Part shown: piece after piece, positions 59,555 to 64,000 of the stretch
Layout of the letters: the number at the start of each line of letters is the position of its first letter
How positions within the stretch are numbered: the stretch's first letter is position 1
Program-made: the position numbers and the translations under genes
Assembly: GCA_003248075.1 (NCBI GenBank)
Contig: QJYK01000207.1
Coordinates: 4,603-68,602, forward strand
Length of the DNA: 64,000 nucleotides
Reading direction: 5' to 3'
Source: Gemmatimonadota bacterium
GTDB taxonomy: Bacteria > Gemmatimonadota > Gemmatimonadetes > Longimicrobiales > Gaopeijiaceae
The notes under the pieces: generated by a model
Seen by the model: the letters and a program-made list of their open reading frames with translations, nothing else
Databases searched by the model: none
What the model was told of the DNA's origin: nothing

Positions 59555-60709
59555 GTCCAGCACCTGGCGCGTTACCAGGTCCCAGTAGGATCCGAAGCCC
59601 CCGGCGACCGCCACCGACACCGGTTGCAGCGTCTGCGTCGAATAGTAGCCGGGCACCGACGACGGGTGCGGCAGGCCCGACGTGGGAAAGTAGCTCCGGA
59701 TGATCACCGCGTCGGGATCTGCGGGGAGGGTGGCCAGGTTGTCCAGCCACGCAGCGAGCGTCCCGCCGCCCGCGAGGTAGAACTCCACGTTGGACGTGTA
59801 GAACGCGGTGAGCTCGACCCCCACCTCCTCCATCACCCGACCGATCTCACGCACGGCCCTGGGCCCCGACAGATCGCCGACGACAGGCACGATCCTGTTC
59901 GAGAGATGGAGTGCACGCACGGTCTCGTAGCCCGTTGCGCTCGCGAGCCAGGATGAGGGCTCACCCTCGATGTCGGTCTCCAGCACGAGCTGTCGGTAGG
60001 TCGGATAGTAGGGCCGTGGCCGTCGCCCGAAGCTGGTGAAGCGCAGGTCCATCCCCCAGCGGATGAACTCCTCGTGGAATCGCGCGATGGTCGCGCGGTC
60101 CTCGTCCGTGAGGGGTATCCCCATCTCGGAGACGGCCCGATCCACCTGTTCACGCAAGGCCACGACGACCGCCGAGTCGGCCCGATGCCCGTCGACCCAC
60201 GTCACCACCTCATCCAGCGATCGAACCGACCACGCGCCGGGGTCGGGTGGGGCCGGTCGACCGAGCAGGCCACTTAGGAACTCGACGCGGGTCGGTGCTC
60301 TCTCGACGAGCGCCTTGAGTAGGAGGTGCTCGAGCAGATTGTCTCGTCGGATGTCGGTGATGAAGGCCAGGTCGGGCCCGAGGCGTGCGATATAGGAGTA
60401 GTTCTGGTCGGGTCCGACACCGACGTAGCCCCCGCCGTGCAGCCCGAGCCGGTCCAACGCACCCACGACCTTGAGGTAGCCTCGCTCGTTCGAGATCAGG
60501 TTGTCGGTGTCGAAGTAGCCGGCCGGCTCGGATATGCGCTCGATCAGCGCCCCGAAGACCGAATCGGGGAGGGCTCCGGCCGGCGACGTGGAGCGCGCCG
60601 GACTCGTGACCGCCTGGGACGCCCCCCGGTCGCAGGCCGCGACTGCGCACAGCGCGAGAGCCAGGGGGAGGGAGAGGGGGAGGAAGGTCCCCCTACGCCG
60701 CTCAGCCAC
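59546..60709 (-). CDS. lipoprotein, unknown function
   Basis: 387 aa. 'LPLALALCAVAACD' lipobox. Well-formed globular sequence with high third-position GC. No family recognised. Confidence 0.7.
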   Translation of the reverse strand: MAERRRGTFLPLSLPLALALCAVAACDRGASQAVTSPARSTSPAGALPDSVFGALIERISEPAGYFDTDNLISNERGYLKVVGALDRLGLHGGGYVGVGPDQNYSYIARLGPDLAFITDIRRDNLLEHLLLKALVERAPTRVEFLSGLLGRPAPPDPGAWSVRSLDEVVTWVDGHRADSAVVVALREQVDRAVSEMGIPLTDEDRATIARFHEEFIRWGMDLRFTSFGRRPRPYYPTYRQLVLETDIEGEPSSWLASATGYETVRALHLSNRIVPVVGDLSGPRAVREIGRVMEEVGVELTAFYTSNVEFYLAGGGTLAAWLDNLATLPADPDAVIIRSYFPTSGLPHPSSVPGYYSTQTLQPVSVAVAGGFGSYWDLVTRQVLDLR

Positions 60710-63700
60710 CCGGACGTCTCGGGATCGGCACGGAATCGCCCGGGTCGGCCCGCACGCCGGCCTGGTTCATCCGTTGCTGCAGCGCCGGTACGCGGTCGGT
60801 CAGGTAGGCGTTGAGACGCTCGATGAGGGCAGGAACATCGTCCCAGGCCCGTTCGATCGCCCGCAGCTCATCCGCCGTGGGCGGACCCGCGTTCCTCTCC
60901 AGGCCGCCGGCGACCCGACCGAGCCCCGCCCTCTGCACCTCGGCGCGGAGTGAATCGAGCTCCTCGCCGAGGGCCTTGGCTTCGGCGACGAGCGCGTCGT
61001 CGGCGTCGACCTCCTCGAGGAGCGTGCTCGCCCCGTCCACGATGTCCTCGAGCCGCCGCAGCGTCCGCGTGGCCTGGGACAGCGAGCCCGAAAGGACCGC
61101 CGCGCCGCGTGCCGCACGGTGACGGGCCTCGAGTGCCACCCTGTCCACCTCCACGCGCGGGTCCATCCGCACGGTGACTTCGCGCTCCGCCACCTCGTCA
61201 CCCGCCTCGAGCCGCACGAGGTAGGTGCCTGGAAGAACCAGAGCGCCCCGGGGCGGTCCGCCGAATCCTCCGCCTCCACCCCCACCCCCGCCGGCACCCT
61301 CGGACGCCCCCGCCGGCGGCTCTTCGCGCATGTCCCAGACGACCTCGTGCAAGCCCCGCTTCCCCGAGCCCTCGAGCTTGCGAATGGCTTCACCCGTCGT
61401 CGTGGCGATCGTGAGCGTCGGTGCATCCGGTAGCTCGTCGGGGAGCCAGTAGCGGATCACCGCCCCGTCCGCGGGCCCGGGCGCCTCGTACAGATCGCCC
61501 CAGAACGGCCACCCTCCGGTTCGGAACCACTCGGTCGCGGTCGGCACGGGAAACAGGGTCATGGACCTGTCCGAGACGAGCCCTTCGGCCATGGTCACGA
61601 GCGGGCCCAGGTCGTCGAGGATCCAGATGCTGCGCCCATGCGTCCCGAGGATGAGGTCGTCGTCGCGCGGGTGGATCATGATGTCGTCGACGGGCACGGT
61701 CGGGAGCCCTTTCATGCGGTGCCACGTCGCACCTCGATCCACCGATACGAAAACGCCGATCTCGTTGCCCACGAAGAGCAGGTTTTCGGCGGCGGCATGC
61801 TCACGCACAGCGTTGACCGAATGCTCGGGCAGACCCGAGGAGATCGAGCGCCAGGACGCGCCGAAGTCCTGGCTCACGAACACGTACGGGCGGTAGTCGT
61901 CGTCGAAATGACGGTCGAAGGTGACATACACGCGGCCGGTCTCGTGCGCGGACGCGGCGATTCGACTTACGTAGGACCGACCCGGGAGCCCACCCACGTT
62001 GGCGATGACGTTGGTCCAGTTGGCGCCCCCGTCGCGCGTCACCTGCAGGTTGCCGTCGTCGGTGCCCACCCAGAGCACGTCGGGTGAGCGCGGGGACTCC
62101 TCGATCACGGTGATCGTGCCGTAGGCGCTGATCCCGTCGTTTCCCGAAAGTGTCTCCTCGGTGACCACCGCACCCATGATCTCGAGCGTGTCGCGGTCGA
62201 TGGACCTGGTCAGGTCGGGACTGGCCTCCTCCCAGGTGGCTCCGCCGTCGCGCGAGCGCATGAGGTGGTTGGATCCCACGTACACGGTTCCCGGCGTGTG
62301 CGGGGACGGCGCGATCGGGGCGTTCCAGTTGAAGCGATACTCGCGCTCCGGATCCTCTTCCGTGGGTCGGTCGGCCGGCCGGAGGTTCCAGCGCTCCCCG
62401 GTCACGAGGTCGACCCGGCCCGAGTTCCCGCCCTGCGACTCGGTGTACAGGACGTTCGTATCCCTCGGATCGAACTCGTTGTAGAAGCCGTCGCCACCCC
62501 AGACGTCCAGCCAATCGCGGTTACGCAGGCCGTACTCGGTGAGCGTGTGGTTGGGCGCGCACCAGGAGCTGTTGTCCTGGAGCCCGCCACAGACCCTGTA
62601 GGGGTCGTTCAGATCGGCGCCGACCTCGTAGAACTGGCCGATCGCCAGATTGTTGTGGTGTCGCCACGTACGCGAGCCGTCCCAGCTGGACGCGATCCCC
62701 CCGTCGTTGCCCAGGATCAGGTGGCTCGAGTTGGCCGGGTCGATCCACAGCGCGTGGTGATCCACGTGGATCCCCTCCGCGGCGTCTCCCTCCCACCAGG
62801 TCCGACCGCCGTCGTCCGACGCGCTGAAGGACACGCCCCCGAGGTAGACGCGCTCCGGGTTGTTCGGGTCGATGCGCACCTGGCTGAAGTACATGGGTCG
62901 GGGGTTTCGGTCGCTCACGCGCCGCCAGCTCTCGCCCCGGTCGTCCGATCGGTACAACCCCCGCCCTGCTCCGTCGGACTCCACCAGCGCGTAGACCAGG
63001 TTACCGTCCCGCCGGTACACGTCGATCCCGATGCGACCCTTGTCGCCCTCCGGAAGCCCGCGGGTCAGCTCGACCCAGGTGTCTCCGCCGTCGGTCGTAC
63101 GATAGAGCCCGCTCCCGCCCCCGCTCGCGCTGAAGCCGAACGCCGTGCGCCGGCGCTGGTACATGGCGGCGAACAATGTGTTGGGGTCGCCAGGGTCCAT
63201 GGTAAGGTCGATGGCTCCGGTGTTCTCGTCCACGTACAGAACCCGCTCCCAGGTGCGCCCGCCGTCCGAAGTGCGGTACACGCCCCGCTCCGCGTTGGGG
63301 CCCCACAGGTGCCCGACGGCGGCGACGAAGGCGACGTCCGGGTTGGACGGGTGCAGGCGGATGCGCGCCACGTGGCGGGTGCCTTCCAGGCCCGCCGGGG
63401 TCCACGTGCGTCCTCCGTCCGTCGAGCGGAACACGCCGCAGCCATAGGGCGAGCTCTGGCGGTTCTGGGGCTCACCCGTACCGACCCACACCACGTTCGG
63501 GTTCGCCTGGAGGATGGTGACGTCGCCGATGGAGGAGCAGGGCTGTTCGTCGAAAAGCGGCGTCCAGCTCATGCCCTGGTTGGTCGTCTTCCAGACGCCG
63601 CCGGTCGCGAGCCCCACGTAGAAGATCGATGGGTTCGACTCGACCGCGTCGATGTCCGCCACGCGGCCTCCGGTGATCGCTGGGCCCACCTCGCGGAAGG

Positions 63701-63809
63701 ACAGACCCTCCAGCGCGGTTTCGACGGGTTGCTGCGCGGCGGCAGCGAGCGGCATCCAGGCCGTGCCCACTGCGACGATGGCCATGCCGGCGGGTGTCGG
63801 ACGCATCAT
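60702..63809 (-). CDS. sortilin/VPS10-like BNR (Asp-box) repeat protein, secreted
   Basis: ATGATG 63809 after GGAGAG, with a signal peptide. At least ten Asp-boxes (STDGGRTW, TSDGGRTW, TTDGGDTW, SDDRGESW, SDDGGRTW, SWDGSRTW, SRDGGATW, TRDGGANW, SQDFGASW, SVDRGATW). Gly-rich linker, then a helical C-terminus. Confidence 0.85.
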   Translation of the reverse strand: MMRPTPAGMAIVAVGTAWMPLAAAAQQPVETALEGLSFREVGPAITGGRVADIDAVESNPSIFYVGLATGGVWKTTNQGMSWTPLFDEQPCSSIGDVTILQANPNVVWVGTGEPQNRQSSPYGCGVFRSTDGGRTWTPAGLEGTRHVARIRLHPSNPDVAFVAAVGHLWGPNAERGVYRTSDGGRTWERVLYVDENTGAIDLTMDPGDPNTLFAAMYQRRRTAFGFSASGGGSGLYRTTDGGDTWVELTRGLPEGDKGRIGIDVYRRDGNLVYALVESDGAGRGLYRSDDRGESWRRVSDRNPRPMYFSQVRIDPNNPERVYLGGVSFSASDDGGRTWWEGDAAEGIHVDHHALWIDPANSSHLILGNDGGIASSWDGSRTWRHHNNLAIGQFYEVGADLNDPYRVCGGLQDNSSWCAPNHTLTEYGLRNRDWLDVWGGDGFYNEFDPRDTNVLYTESQGGNSGRVDLVTGERWNLRPADRPTEEDPEREYRFNWNAPIAPSPHTPGTVYVGSNHLMRSRDGGATWEEASPDLTRSIDRDTLEIMGAVVTEETLSGNDGISAYGTITVIEESPRSPDVLWVGTDDGNLQVTRDGGANWTNVIANVGGLPGRSYVSRIAASAHETGRVYVTFDRHFDDDYRPYVFVSQDFGASWRSISSGLPEHSVNAVREHAAAENLLFVGNEIGVFVSVDRGATWHRMKGLPTVPVDDIMIHPRDDDLILGTHGRSIWILDDLGPLVTMAEGLVSDRSMTLFPVPTATEWFRTGGWPFWGDLYEAPGPADGAVIRYWLPDELPDAPTLTIATTTGEAIRKLEGSGKRGLHEVVWDMREEPPAGASEGAGGGGGGGGGFGGPPRGALVLPGTYLVRLEAGDEVAEREVTVRMDPRVEVDRVALEARHRAARGAAVLSGSLSQATRTLRRLEDIVDGASTLLEEVDADDALVAEAKALGEELDSLRAEVQRAGLGRVAGGLERNAGPPTADELRAIERAWDDVPALIERLNAYLTDRVPALQQRMNQAGVRADPGDSVPIPRRPGG

Positions 63810-63925
63810 GGCTGGCTCTCCGGGATCGATGGTAGGAGCCTCGAAACGGCGCTGCCATCGGAAGCGGCGCAAGTGCCCCGGGTGCCCCGCTCGTCCGCCA
63901 GACCCCGGAGGGGGGGAGGCGGCCC

Positions 63926-64000
63926 TCAGCCGTCGGACGATCCCTCCCCGTCGGGAATCTCGGGGGGCGGCTCCTGCAGGGACGCGCGCAGCACCCCGCG
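63926..64000 (-). CDS. 3' end of an unidentified gene continuing beyond the window
   Basis: Open frame on the minus strand ending '...RGVLRASLQEPPPEIPDGEGSSDG' + TGA (63928-63926). Too short to classify. Confidence 0.3.
   Translation of the reverse strand, partial: RGVLRASLQEPPPEIPDGEGSSDG

Noticed and set aside
1-64000. Search for tRNA/rRNA genes, CRISPR arrays, transposases, integrases and prophage genes
   Set aside because: No intergenic gap has tRNA-like T-arm or acceptor features. There are no spaced direct repeats beyond the coding repeats noted. No recombinase-like translations. The window looks like core chromosome rather than a mobile island.

Overview
Very GC-rich bacterial chromosomal segment. 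Gene content (Tricorn-like protease, sortilin/BNR Asp-box protein, PD40 lipoprotein, serpin, cbb3 oxidase) resembles Gemmatimonadota-type genomes, but that taxon is only an inference. I support about 60 protein genes. By eye there is no rRNA, tRNA, CRISPR array, transposase or integrase. Many long ORFs in the track are antisense or alternate-frame shadows typical of high-GC DNA. Several listed ORFs are over-extended at the 5' end, and three short real-looking genes fall below the track's size cut-off. Main blocks: (1) an ECF sigma / FecR / STN-TonB receptor cell-surface signalling module (1-3979). (2) A CPA2 K+/H+ antiporter and secreted peptidases (PD40 protein, M19-like, Tricorn-like). (3) A porin, a class V aminotransferase and a frameshifted DAACS transporter. 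(4) A complete cbb3 oxidase operon, ccoNOQP-ccoG-fixH-ccoI-ccoS (16382-23358). (5) feoAB, an IorAB-type Mo-hydroxylase, a lipoprotein serpin and a membrane MutS-related ATPase. (6) A NarL-type two-component region. (7) The most interesting region (43754-49819): an Rrf2 Fe-S regulator heads an operon for a B-type heme-copper oxidase. Its catalytic subunit lacks the active-site Tyr (GHSSQQ instead of GHPxVY). A membrane-fused SCO copper chaperone follows. A cytochrome b-ferredoxin-MvhD fusion gene is transcribed divergently across an AT-rich palindromic control region. I read this as a candidate NO-reductase-type (or new-variant) respiratory module. (8) The remainder: PQQ-dehydrogenase paralogues, ChaN, an M1 peptidase, PadR and Fpg/Nei. 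All product calls rest on motif and family recognition from the translations; no database search was possible.
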